A stretch of 64,000 bases of DNA, from contig DASSII010000102.1 of NCBI GenBank assembly GCA_035692005.1, forward strand, positions 135 to 64,134. Direction: 5' to 3'. The translations under genes and the position numbers were made by a program. The number at the start of each line of letters is the position of its first letter. The stretch's first letter is position 1. Below, one piece after another: positions 33,054 to 42,279 of the stretch. Source of the stretch: Candidatus Limnocylindrales bacterium. Lineage in GTDB: Bacteria > Chloroflexota > Limnocylindria > Limnocylindrales > CSP1-4. The notes under the pieces are model-generated. The model did not search any database and had not been told where the DNA came from. It was given only the letters and a program-made list of their open reading frames with translations.

Positions 33054-33095
33054 TTATCCCCGGATTTCCCGCCGATGTGGACGGTCTGTGGAGAA
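33002..33095. promoter_or_regulatory. Cluster of DnaA-box-like 9-mers
   Basis: TTATCCACG 33021, TTATCCCCG 33054, TGTGGAGAA 33087, weaker TGTGGACGG 33076 and CGGTCCACG 33002; none is a perfect consensus. Confidence 0.4.
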
Positions 33096-33169
33096 CGTCG
33101 CGCATCCGCAGCTGGTCGCGAGGGCGTACGCTCCCACGAGAGCCCGACCCATGCCGAGGAGGTTCGACC

Positions 33170-34039
33170 GTGGCACGACTACTGGCTCGACTCGTCGCCA
33201 TCAACGACGGCTGGGCGAAACCGTTCGGCGAGTTCAACCGGCGCTGGCTGACGGCCGTGTTTCGGCCGATGCTCCCGATCCGCGACTTCCTCAACGGTCG
33301 ATGGCTCGGCCATCCGCTGCATGCCGCCATCACCGACATCCCGATCGGCCTGCTGCTCGGGGTCGTCCTTCTCGACGTAGTCGGCCAGTCGGCTGCCGCC
33401 GACATCACGCTCGTCGCGACGGTCCTGACGATGCTCGCCGCCGCCGTCAGCGGCATGGCCGACTACAGCGACACGAGCGGGACGGCCCTGACCAGGGCCA
33501 CGCTCCACGCGACGCTGATGGTCGTGGCGCTGGTGCTCCTCCTCGTGTCGATCGCGCTGCGAGCCGGCGCCCCGCTCGATCGCACCATGCCGATCGCGCT
33601 ATCCATCGCGGGACTGCTGATCGTGACCGCCGGCGCCTTCGTCGGTGGCGACGTCGTGTACGTGACGGGTAATGCGGTCGACCGGCACGCGTTTCGCGGT
33701 GCCGGCACGAAGTGGATCCACCTCGACACCCGGGAGATCGCCGACCTGGCGAACCTTCCGGAGGCGACGCCGACCAAGATGAAGGCCGGCAGCAACGATC
33801 TGGTCGTCGTTCGGACAGGGGCGACGATCCAGGCACTGCACAACGTCTGCGCCCACGCCGGCGGCCCGCTCGACCAGGGCGAGATCGTGGACGGCTGCAT
33901 CCAGTGTCCGTGGCACGGCTCGCGGTTCCGACTCGCGGACGGCTACGTCCAGCGCGGCCCGTCGGTCTACGACCAGCCGGCATACGAGTTGCGCGCTGCG
34001 GAGGGCGGTGGATACGAGGTCCGGCGCCTCCCGTCCTGA
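33170..34039 (+). CDS. DUF2231-like membrane domain fused to a Rieske 2Fe-2S domain
   Basis: GAGGAGG SD; GHPLHAAITDIPIG; C-x-H (CAHAGGPL) and CPWHGSRF Rieske ligands. Confidence 0.9.
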   Translation: MARLLARLVAINDGWAKPFGEFNRRWLTAVFRPMLPIRDFLNGRWLGHPLHAAITDIPIGLLLGVVLLDVVGQSAAADITLVATVLTMLAAAVSGMADYSDTSGTALTRATLHATLMVVALVLLLVSIALRAGAPLDRTMPIALSIAGLLIVTAGAFVGGDVVYVTGNAVDRHAFRGAGTKWIHLDTREIADLANLPEATPTKMKAGSNDLVVVRTGATIQALHNVCAHAGGPLDQGEIVDGCIQCPWHGSRFRLADGYVQRGPSVYDQPAYELRAAEGGGYEVRRLPS

Positions 34040-34091
34040 CGTCGTCGCCGATCGGCCCCTCGACCGCCCGCCACGACCGAGAGCCCGCCCT

Positions 34092-34643
34092 GTGCCGATC
34101 CTCGAGATCCCGGACCCGGCCCTGGTCGTCCTCGTCGGCGCCGCCGGGTCCGGCAAGTCGACCCTCGCCGCGCGGCTGTTCGATGCGGACGAGGTCCTCT
34201 CGTCGGACGCGCTGCGCGAGGCGGTGTCCGGCGATGCGGCGGATCAGTCGGCGTCCGCGATGGCCTTCCGCATCCTTCACCGGACGCTGGCGCGCCGACT
34301 GGGAGCCGGGCGCCTCACCGTCGTGGATGCGACCAACGTGCGGCGGGTAGACCGTCGATCACTCCTGGAGCGCGCTCGAGTGGCCGGGGTCCCTGCCGTC
34401 GCCGTCGTGCTCGACATCGACCCGGTCCTGATCCAGGCGCGCAACGCCAGTCGCCCGCGGGTCGTCGACCCGACAGTCGTCGATCGGCACAGCCGCGCGG
34501 TCCGGACGACCGTCGATCGGGGCGACCTGGCCGCGGAGGGATTCCTGTCCGTCACGATCCTCGTGGGTCCGGGCGAGGTCGCGGGCCTGGCGATCGTGCG
34601 CAGGCCCGCCGGCCTCGACCGCACCGGGCCAGACGCTCTATGA
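34092..34643 (+). CDS. AAA_33/polynucleotide-kinase-like P-loop protein
   Basis: LVGAAGSGKST, LSSDALR, VVDATN. Confidence 0.85.
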   Translation: MPILEIPDPALVVLVGAAGSGKSTLAARLFDADEVLSSDALREAVSGDAADQSASAMAFRILHRTLARRLGAGRLTVVDATNVRRVDRRSLLERARVAGVPAVAVVLDIDPVLIQARNASRPRVVDPTVVDRHSRAVRTTVDRGDLAAEGFLSVTILVGPGEVAGLAIVRRPAGLDRTGPDAL

Positions 34644-34970
34644 GCCCCGGCGGACGACCCCGAACGCGCGAGCGCGAAGCTCGACCCAGACCCCGTTGCG
34701 GAGGTATACGTCGTCGCGCACGATCGCGAGCGCGGCCACCTCGGACGGGGCTCGGACGATGACGACGGAAGCCGACACGTCGGCGAACGCGCCGACCGCG
34801 ATGTACGTTCCGGCTTCCAGCAGTTCGCGGCAGCGCGCGAGGTGTTCGGCACGGAACGGTGTTCGGGTCTGGGCGCCGTCGGGCGCGTAGGTCGCCTCGA
34901 CGAACCAGGCCGGTTCGAGCGGTGAGGCCGGCGGGGCCGGCGCGGCCGGCGCGGCCGGGATGTCGTCCAT
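34638..34970 (-). CDS. YciI family protein
   Basis: RTPFRAEHL, G-x-Y-x-x-VG, DDVY-x-x-NGVW pattern. Confidence 0.75.
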   Translation of the reverse strand: MDDIPAAPAAPAPPASPLEPAWFVEATYAPDGAQTRTPFRAEHLARCRELLEAGTYIAVGAFADVSASVVIVRAPSEVAALAIVRDDVYLRNGVWVELRARAFGVVRRGS

Positions 34971-34979
34971 CAGTCGAGT

Positions 34980-35843
34980 CTACGTGGCCGAGCCGGCGCC
35001 GATCAGCGCGACCGCCATGCCGGCCAGCACGATCCCGATCGTGTGCTCGCGGGTGACCCGCTCGCGCAGGAACGCGGCCGCGAGGATGACCGTCGCCACC
35101 GGGTACAGGGCGGACAGGACCGAGGCGACCGCCAGCAGTCCGGTCTGCACGGCCAGCAGGTAGCAGCTGTTGCCGATCATGTCGAGCACGCCGACGAGCG
35201 CGAGTGCCGGCAGGATCGGACGGCCCGGGCGCCACGCCTGGCGGGTCACCAGGATGGCCCCCACGACGAGCGCCGCCTGGACCGCGCGGATGACGGTCAG
35301 CGACGCGAACACGTTGCCGTTCGAGAGGCCGGCGATGACCACCCCGAACAGGCCGATGGCCACCCCCGAGATGAGCGCCTCTGACAGGCCGGCGCGACCG
35401 CCGCCTTCATCCGCCACCCGCGACACCAGGACGACTGCGACCACGGCGACGACGATGCCGAGCTGGACGAGCGGCGCCGGGATCCCCTCCAGGACGACCC
35501 CGGCCACGACCGGGATCACCGCCGCCAGCACACCGGTGACCGGAGCGACGATGCCCATCCGCCCGACGGCAAGTCCCCGATATAGCGCGGTGATCCCGAC
35601 ACCCCCGAACACGCCCGCCAGGAGGCAGAGCAGGAGGTCCCGACCGGCCGGGAAGCGCTCCCCACCAAGCAGCGCGAGCGCCAGCGCGAGGGCCATCCCG
35701 ACGACCTGGGACACGAGCACCACCCCGAATACCGGGGAGCGACGGCTCGCCAGCCCGCCGCCGAAGTCGCCGGCACCCCACGCCGCGGCCGCCGCGAGGC
35801 CGAGGATCACCGTGAGCGTGCCCGCCGGCAGGTCGAGGATCAG
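34980..35843 (-). CDS. DMT/EamA family transporter (start approximate)
   Basis: WGAGDFGGG, LYRGLA-x-G-x-M-x-x-VAP, LYPVATV, LRER motifs. Confidence 0.85.
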   Translation of the reverse strand: MILDLPAGTLTVILGLAAAAAWGAGDFGGGLASRRSPVFGVVLVSQVVGMALALALALLGGERFPAGRDLLLCLLAGVFGGVGITALYRGLAVGRMGIVAPVTGVLAAVIPVVAGVVLEGIPAPLVQLGIVVAVVAVVLVSRVADEGGGRAGLSEALISGVAIGLFGVVIAGLSNGNVFASLTVIRAVQAALVVGAILVTRQAWRPGRPILPALALVGVLDMIGNSCYLLAVQTGLLAVASVLSALYPVATVILAAAFLRERVTREHTIGIVLAGMAVALIGAGSAT

Positions 35844-38053
35844 GCGCTCGCCTCGCCTGACGTCGGCCGGGCCGGCGCCAGGGACGGATCGTCGACGGCG
35901 TCGTCGACGGCGGTCGGCCCGGGCAACTCGACGACCGCGTCGGCAGCGGCGTCGTAGCGGTCGGACGTGGTCAGGTAGATGATCTGGAAATCGGCCGCGA
36001 CCCGCTTGAGGAGCGCAAGGGCCCGGGTCGCCCGCACGTCGTCGAGCGTGACGAACGGATCGTCGAACACGAGCGGGGGCCGCCGGTCGCCGGTCACCAG
36101 CCGGACCAGGCCCAGACGCGCCGCCAGGTACACGAGATCGAGGGTGCCCTGGCTGAGCGATCCGACCGGGACCCAATCGCCGCGTTCGGGTGCGTGGACG
36201 TCGATGTCCAGCGTCTTGTCGTCGACGCGCACCCGCCGATAGCGGCCACCGGTCACGGTCGACACGTCACGGACCATGTGGCCTTCGAGGTAGCGCGTCG
36301 CGGTCTTCATCGTGGCGACCTCGGCGCGCTCGATGGCGCGGAGCGTCGTCTCCAGCACGCGGTGGCGTCGCTGCAGCGCGCCCAACTGCTCACGCCAGAC
36401 CGCCAGACGCTCGCTCTCGGCCGCCACCTGCTCAGCGTCGACCGCGTTGTTCTCCACCCGGGCGCGGGCGTTGGCCTCGTCGTCGCGAGCCCGCTCGAGG
36501 GCAGCCTCCTGGTCGCGGACCTCGACCTCGAGGCGTTCCCGTGCGCGTGGCTCCTTGGCGATCGGGCCGAGGCCCTCGAGGGCGCTCGTCTTCTGCTCGA
36601 TCTCGAGCGCGGCGGCATCGCGTTGCGCGCCGAGGGTCTCGCGCGGGGCAGTGCCGACGAGGCCGGCGAGCTGCGCCTGCAGCTGGTCCATCCGCGCGAC
36701 ATGCGCCTCCTCGCGTGCCAGGAGGTCCTCGGCCGCGGGCAGGCCGTCGAGCCCGAGTGCGCCCAGCTGCTGCTCGGTGTCGGCCTCCGCCTGCTTGAGC
36801 TCGGCCTCCATCTCGGATCGTCCGCGCAGGCGGCGATCGATCTCGACATCGCGCAGCTGCTCCTGCATCGCCGAGCCCCGCCGCAACCAGAACGCGACGA
36901 GGGTCAGGATCAGGCCGATCCCGACGACCGCGGCGGCAAGGTACAGCGGTGCGGGGCCAAGCCTGGCGACGCCGAGGAGATCGAGTCCGAGCGTCACGGC
37001 CGCGACGACGATGCCGAGGACGACCAGGAGCATGCCCCAGCGCGAGAGCGGCCGCCAGGTCGGCTCAGGTGCGACATCGAAGCGCACCTCGACCTCGCCC
37101 GCCAGCGCGGCGCGCAGTTCGCGCATCCGGGTGTCGAGGCCGCGCAGCCGCTCGACCGACTGGCGCACGACCGGGAGGGGGTTCGGCGACGGGTGCGTCT
37201 GGGCCAGGCCATCCAGCTCCGCCGACACCTCGACCGCATCGCGGAAGCGGTCGAAGCGCTCCTTGGCCGCGGCTCGCTCGGCCTGCAACCGTTCGGCCTG
37301 GCGCGCCTTCTCGAGCAGGCTGCGACGCTCCGCCAAGGTCGCCTCGGACTCGGCTCGGCGCTCACGGGCGCCGGACAGGCTGTCGCGGTCCCGCTCGAGC
37401 TGGCCCAGGGCGAGCTCACCGGCCTCGACCGAGCCAGCGGTTGACGCGACCGCAGCCTCCGCCACCTTGAGTCGACCGGGATTCTTGTCTCCCTTGGTCG
37501 TCAGCTCGTGGAGGGCGCGCTCGAGCTTCTTCTTCGCGCGGCCCGTGCCCCGATCGGCGCCGCTGATGCTCGCCTGGAGTCGGTCGCGAAGCGCGCTCTC
37601 GTCGCGCGCGACATCGCTCAGCTCGTGGTGACGGACGGACGCGGTCGAGCGGAAGAAGGCCTCCGTCGGGATGCCGGACAGCTCGGCGAGGACCTGGTCG
37701 GCGAGCGCGGGATCGGACACCGTCTGGCCGTCGTAGCGGAGTTCGACGGTGCCCTTCTGGCCACCGAATGTCTTCTCCAGCGTGCCGCTCGCCCGCCGGC
37801 CGTCCTCCTCGTCCTGCTCGAACTCGAGCCCGATCCACGTCCGGGCGTCCGCTCCAGCGTCCCACGGGCGGAGCGATTCGAGGTCGGCGGCGCTGCTCGT
37901 GACCCGGCGGGTGAGGGCCAGCTCGATGGCACGCTGGATCGTCGTCTTGCCGGCCTCGTTGGGGCCGCGAACCACCGTGACGCCCGGGGCCAGGTCGATG
38001 TCCAGTTCCCGATAGCGACGCAGGTCGCGGACCTGCAGCCGGCGGATCCTCAC
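35840..38053 (-). CDS. SMC/Rad50-like ATPase (YhaN-like) with central transmembrane hairpin
   Basis: Walker A GPNEAGKTT, signature LSQGT, Walker B/D-loop LVFDDPF, long coiled coils, no Cys, two TM helices near the midpoint. Confidence 0.88.
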   Translation of the reverse strand: MRIRRLQVRDLRRYRELDIDLAPGVTVVRGPNEAGKTTIQRAIELALTRRVTSSAADLESLRPWDAGADARTWIGLEFEQDEEDGRRASGTLEKTFGGQKGTVELRYDGQTVSDPALADQVLAELSGIPTEAFFRSTASVRHHELSDVARDESALRDRLQASISGADRGTGRAKKKLERALHELTTKGDKNPGRLKVAEAAVASTAGSVEAGELALGQLERDRDSLSGARERRAESEATLAERRSLLEKARQAERLQAERAAAKERFDRFRDAVEVSAELDGLAQTHPSPNPLPVVRQSVERLRGLDTRMRELRAALAGEVEVRFDVAPEPTWRPLSRWGMLLVVLGIVVAAVTLGLDLLGVARLGPAPLYLAAAVVGIGLILTLVAFWLRRGSAMQEQLRDVEIDRRLRGRSEMEAELKQAEADTEQQLGALGLDGLPAAEDLLAREEAHVARMDQLQAQLAGLVGTAPRETLGAQRDAAALEIEQKTSALEGLGPIAKEPRARERLEVEVRDQEAALERARDDEANARARVENNAVDAEQVAAESERLAVWREQLGALQRRHRVLETTLRAIERAEVATMKTATRYLEGHMVRDVSTVTGGRYRRVRVDDKTLDIDVHAPERGDWVPVGSLSQGTLDLVYLAARLGLVRLVTGDRRPPLVFDDPFVTLDDVRATRALALLKRVAADFQIIYLTTSDRYDAAADAVVELPGPTAVDDAVDDPSLAPARPTSGEASA

Positions 38054-39237
38054 AGGGCGACCTCGTGCCCAGCCAGCAACAGCCGTCCCAGGCGCAAGGC
38101 GTCCCGCAGCTCGGCCGCCTCGTCGGAGCGGTCCGGGGTGCCGTCCGCCGGACCGGCCTCGAGCTCGGCGATGCGCGCCTCGAGGTCCCGGATGAACGCT
38201 CCGGCGACCGTGTCGGCCGAGGGCAGGAGGCCCTCGGTCAGGGCGGGCGTACTCACGTCACGGACGCGCACCTTGAGGAACGACGACGCGAGCGCGGTCT
38301 CGATCTCGTCGAGATGGAGGTCGAGCTCGTCCGGTCGGACGCCGACGATCCGGGCGTCGAGCACGAGGTCCGGGTCGGCCTGGCGGACCAGCCGGTCGAT
38401 GAGGTCGGGCTGCGAGGCGATCGACGCCGCATCGACGTCGAGCTTCGTGAAGCGGGTCCGGCCGACCTGATGCTCGGTGATGGTCACCAGGGGACCAGCG
38501 GCCGTCGACTCGAGGTCGACGAGCAGGACCTTGCCCGCCCGATCCTGGTCGAGCGCGACCGCCTCCGGGGCTCCGGCATAGGCGTAGGTGACGCCGCCCG
38601 TCTTCGAGTGCTGGGCCGAATGCCAGTGCCCGAGCGCGAGGTAATCGAGGCCGCTGGCCGCGATCTCGTCGGTGGTGATGACGACGTCGTCCCGTTCGGT
38701 CTTGCCGGGGATGGCGACCGAGCCGTGGATCATCCCGATCTTCCAGGTCGCCGCTGTCCGATCGGCCGCGACGTCGAGGTCGCGCAACGGGCTGTGCGGT
38801 GCACGCTTCATCCCGAACACGGGTCCGTACACGACGGCGTCGCAGGCGGCCAGATGGACCGACGGGTTGCCTGGCGTCAGGATCGACACCCAGTCGTCGT
38901 CGTGGGTGCTGCCGGCGAGCGTCTTGAGGTCGTAGGCCCGGTAGATCGACGCGCGGTCGTAGCAGTCGTGGGTGCCCGGGATGATGACCGTCCGGATCTT
39001 CGCAGCGGCCAGGCGCTTGAGCTGGGCGGCCACCCGCTCGACCGATCGACGCGGCTGGACGTTGCTGTCGAACAGGTCGCCGGCGACCAGGAACAGGTCC
39101 ACCTTCTCGGCCAGCGCCAGATCGATGGCGGCCGCGAACGCAGCGAACTGCCGTTCGCGCTGGGCGCTGGCCTGCTCGCCGAGGTCATCGTGGCGAGCGC
39201 CGAGATGGACATCCGCGGTGTGGACGATGCGGAGCAT
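38050..39237 (-). CDS. Mre11/SbcD-like DNA repair exonuclease (metallophosphoesterase)
   Basis: HTADVHLG, VAGDLFD, IPGTHD, MIHGS, YLALGHWH, YAGAPE. Confidence 0.9.
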   Translation of the reverse strand: MLRIVHTADVHLGARHDDLGEQASAQRERQFAAFAAAIDLALAEKVDLFLVAGDLFDSNVQPRRSVERVAAQLKRLAAAKIRTVIIPGTHDCYDRASIYRAYDLKTLAGSTHDDDWVSILTPGNPSVHLAACDAVVYGPVFGMKRAPHSPLRDLDVAADRTAATWKIGMIHGSVAIPGKTERDDVVITTDEIAASGLDYLALGHWHSAQHSKTGGVTYAYAGAPEAVALDQDRAGKVLLVDLESTAAGPLVTITEHQVGRTRFTKLDVDAASIASQPDLIDRLVRQADPDLVLDARIVGVRPDELDLHLDEIETALASSFLKVRVRDVSTPALTEGLLPSADTVAGAFIRDLEARIAELEAGPADGTPDRSDEAAELRDALRLGRLLLAGHEVAL

Positions 39238-39364
39238 CGGGCGGGTCTGGCCTCCGTGGTCGGCGGGCTGGTCGATCACGATCCGGTGGCCCCGTCCAGG
39301 GAATTGGCGCGAGCGAGGCGCCCCCATGACTCCCCGCTCGCCGTCCCGGATCCTCGCGGGCCAT

Positions 39365-39385
39365 TGTGACAGGTACGTTGTCACA
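39365..39385. promoter_or_regulatory. Inverted repeat TGTGACA-N7-TGTCACA, putative operator
   Basis: Perfect 7-bp arms between the divergent sbcD-like and zinc-ribbon genes. Confidence 0.5.
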
Positions 39386-39593
39386 CTCGCCAGCGCCATG
39401 GCCTGCCTGATTCAGGAGCCCGTTGTATCCTGCGCCGCACGAAGAACCGGTGCGCCCCGCAGACAGGGACTCCACATCGGCACCTGGGTCAAGCGGGCCC
39501 GGCTCCCATCCGCCAGCCTCGCATTCCCGACTGCCGACACGGTCGCCCTCCGCGGGCCGCACCTCGCCGACCAACGCGCCCCGGAGGAGCATC

Positions 39594-39932
39594 GTGACCT
39601 ACGTCGATCGGACCCTCAACTGCGTCGATTGCGGTGTGGAGTTCATCCATTCCGCCGCGGATCAGGAGTACTACGCGCAGAAGGGGTTCTCGAGCGAACC
39701 CAAGCGCTGCACGAGCTGCCGGGCCAGCCGGCGCGCCGCCCGGGACGGCGGCTATGACGTCCGCGACATCGGGGGCCCACGCGGGTACGAGCGCGGTGAC
39801 GACCGACCCGAGCGTGAGTACTTCGCGGTCGTCTGCTCGTCGTGCGGCAATCAGGCCCAGGTCCCGTTCCGTCCGCGCATGGATCGGCCGGTCTACTGCT
39901 CGGACTGCTTCCGGACTGTCCGCCCCGACTGA
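39594..39932 (+). CDS. Zinc-ribbon protein with CxxC-x17-CxxC domain
   Basis: GGAGG SD; CVDC...CTSC and CSSC...PFRP...PVYCSDC. Confidence 0.9.
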   Translation: MTYVDRTLNCVDCGVEFIHSAADQEYYAQKGFSSEPKRCTSCRASRRAARDGGYDVRDIGGPRGYERGDDRPEREYFAVVCSSCGNQAQVPFRPRMDRPVYCSDCFRTVRPD

Positions 39933-39950
39933 TCAGGCGGCCCGGGCGGG

Positions 39951-40658
39951 TCAGACCCGGAACACCTCGCCGGCGCGGAAGCGCTCCCGCCGGCGACCCC
40001 GCCAGACGGTGACCCTCGCCGCCCCGTGGACCTGCCAGCCGCCGTCGTGACCGACGACGGCGGTCTGTTCGTCGATGCCGAGCACGACCGAGCCGCGTGG
40101 GGCCTGCAGGGCGATCAAGGCGCTGAGCGGTTCCGGCCACGCGTCGTAATGCGGGACCACCGACAGGCCGGGCGCCACGCCCAGGCCGGCGCCCCAACGC
40201 AACGGGAAGGGCATCAGCCGGAGGCGGAAATCGAAGGCATGCCGGGCCAGTGCCATGGCCCCGGCCGAGCAGCCGACCAGGGCGGCGCCACGCCGATGGG
40301 CGGCGACCAGCGCGCGACCGACCGCCGAGCCGTCGAGCGCCTCGATCAGATGGGCCGGCTTGCCGCCCGACAGGTAGATGAGGTCCGCCTCGCCGATGGC
40401 CTGCGCAGCGCCTGGGTCATCGGCCTCGCCGCGGTCCCGGACGAACACCGCCTCGACCTCGGCACCGAGCTCGCCGAAATGCGCCACGCCCATCGCCGCC
40501 CAGCGCTGGAAGACCGCTTCGCCGTCGGGGTACGAGGCCGTCGGCAGGATCGCCACGCGCGGGCGAGCGACGCCGGTCGAGGCGAGCAGACTGGCATCGA
40601 AAGCGGACATCGCGGGGAGGAACTCGCCAGCGCCGACGAGCGCCACAGGACCGGGCAT
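39951..40658 (-). CDS. Peptidase S51/cyanophycinase-like type 1 glutamine amidotransferase-fold protein
   Basis: LVGAGEF, ILPTAS, YLSGG, GCSAGA, VPHYD. Confidence 0.85.
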   Translation of the reverse strand: MPGPVALVGAGEFLPAMSAFDASLLASTGVARPRVAILPTASYPDGEAVFQRWAAMGVAHFGELGAEVEAVFVRDRGEADDPGAAQAIGEADLIYLSGGKPAHLIEALDGSAVGRALVAAHRRGAALVGCSAGAMALARHAFDFRLRLMPFPLRWGAGLGVAPGLSVVPHYDAWPEPLSALIALQAPRGSVVLGIDEQTAVVGHDGGWQVHGAARVTVWRGRRRERFRAGEVFRV

Positions 40659-40689
40659 ACCGCGTGAGTCTATCTGCGACACTGCGCCG

Positions 40690-42279
40690 ATGACGTCCCG
40701 GCAGCGCTGGACCCTCCTGGCCACGATCATCGGCTCGGGGGCGGTCTTCCTCGACGGGACCATCGTCAACGTCGCCCTGCCCCGTATCGGACGCGAACTG
40801 CCGGCCACGTTCGTGGGCGTGCTCGAGGGGCAGACCTACATCGTCAGCGGCTATCTCGCCGTGCTCGCGGCATTGCTCATCCTCGCCGGGGCGCTGTCCG
40901 ACCGATTCGGCCGACGGCGAACGTACGTCATCGGTATCGCCGGCTTCGCGATCACGTCCGCGCTGTGCGGGCTCGCCCCCACCTTCGAGTGGCTGATCGT
41001 CTTCCGGCTGCTGCAGGGGGCCGCCGGCGCGCTGATGATCCCGGGCGCGCTGTCGATCATCACCCAGACCTTCGCGGCCGAGGAACGCGGCCGGGCGTTC
41101 GGGATCTGGACATCGGCCACGTCGGGGCTCGTGCTGCTCGGCCCGCTCCTCGGCGGGCTGGTCGTCGACACCATCGGTTGGCGCTTCGCCTTCCTCGTGA
41201 ACGTGCCGTTCCTGGCCGTCGCCCTGTGGATCGCGTTGCGGCACGTCGAGGAGTCGCGCGACCTTGGTCGCCCGGGACGATTCGACTGGCTGGGCTCGAT
41301 CGTGGCGGCGATCGCGGTCGGCGGGCTGTCGTTCGGCATCATCCGGGGCGGAGAGCAGGAATGGGCGGACCCGCTGGCGTGGGCGTCGATCGTCGCTGGT
41401 GGCATCGCGCTGGTCATGTTCCCGGTGCTGATGGCGACCCGCCCCGATCCGCTCGTGCCGCTGGCCCTGTTCCGGTCACGGACGTTCAGCTCGATCAACG
41501 TCGCGACCTTCTTCATCTACGGCGCGCTGTACGTCGCCCTCAGCTACCAGGGCCTGGTGCTGCAGGGCGTCTTGCACTACTCGGCGCTGGCGGCCGGCGC
41601 GGCGGGCCTGCCGATGGGCCTGTGCCTGGCGTTCTTCTCGACCCGCATCGGCGCGGTGGCCGGCCGGATCGGGGCTCGCCCGTTCATGACCGCCGGGCCG
41701 CTGATCATGACCGTCGGCCTGCTGTGGTTCACCCGGCTGCCGGTCGATTCCGATCCGTGGCTGGCGGCAGTCCAGGCTCCCGCGAGCCTGGTGCCGCCGC
41801 TCGACTTCGTCGTCGACATCCTGCCCGCCGTGCTGCTGTTCGGCATCGGGATGTCGCTCATCGTCGCCCCGCTGACGAACACGCTGATGGGGTCCATCCC
41901 GGTGCGATTCTCGGGCCTCGGCTCGGCGATCAACAACGCCATCTCGCGCGTCGGCCAGCCGCTGCTGGGGGCGCTCATCTTCGTTGCCATCAGCGCCACG
42001 TTCTATGCCAACCTGGGCACGCTCGTGCCCGGCCTGGATCCCGCCGATCCGGCGGTCCGCACCACATTCGCGCCGCTCAATCCGCCGCGATCGGGCGCCT
42101 CGCCGGCGGACGTCGCGGCGGCCGCCCAGGCATCCGTGCTGGCGTTCCACGACGCCATGCGGGTCGCGGTCGTCCTCCTGCTCATCGCCAGCGCGGTGTC
42201 GTGGTTCGGGCTGCGCGACACCGACCGGGCCGGCGCCCGCGTCGCGGCCCGCAGCGAGCGACCTCGTGCCGACGCCTGA
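40690..42279 (+). CDS. MFS transporter, DHA2 (14-TM) family
   Basis: LDGTIVNVALP, GALSDRFGRR, RLLQGAAGAL, GGLVVD-x-x-GWR. Confidence 0.92.
   Translation: MTSRQRWTLLATIIGSGAVFLDGTIVNVALPRIGRELPATFVGVLEGQTYIVSGYLAVLAALLILAGALSDRFGRRRTYVIGIAGFAITSALCGLAPTFEWLIVFRLLQGAAGALMIPGALSIITQTFAAEERGRAFGIWTSATSGLVLLGPLLGGLVVDTIGWRFAFLVNVPFLAVALWIALRHVEESRDLGRPGRFDWLGSIVAAIAVGGLSFGIIRGGEQEWADPLAWASIVAGGIALVMFPVLMATRPDPLVPLALFRSRTFSSINVATFFIYGALYVALSYQGLVLQGVLHYSALAAGAAGLPMGLCLAFFSTRIGAVAGRIGARPFMTAGPLIMTVGLLWFTRLPVDSDPWLAAVQAPASLVPPLDFVVDILPAVLLFGIGMSLIVAPLTNTLMGSIPVRFSGLGSAINNAISRVGQPLLGALIFVAISATFYANLGTLVPGLDPADPAVRTTFAPLNPPRSGASPADVAAAAQASVLAFHDAMRVAVVLLLIASAVSWFGLRDTDRAGARVAARSERPRADA

Noticed and set aside
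33002-33095. Chromosomal origin of replication
   Set aside because: No perfect DnaA box, no AT-rich unwinding element, and no dnaA/dnaN/gyrB/rpmH context
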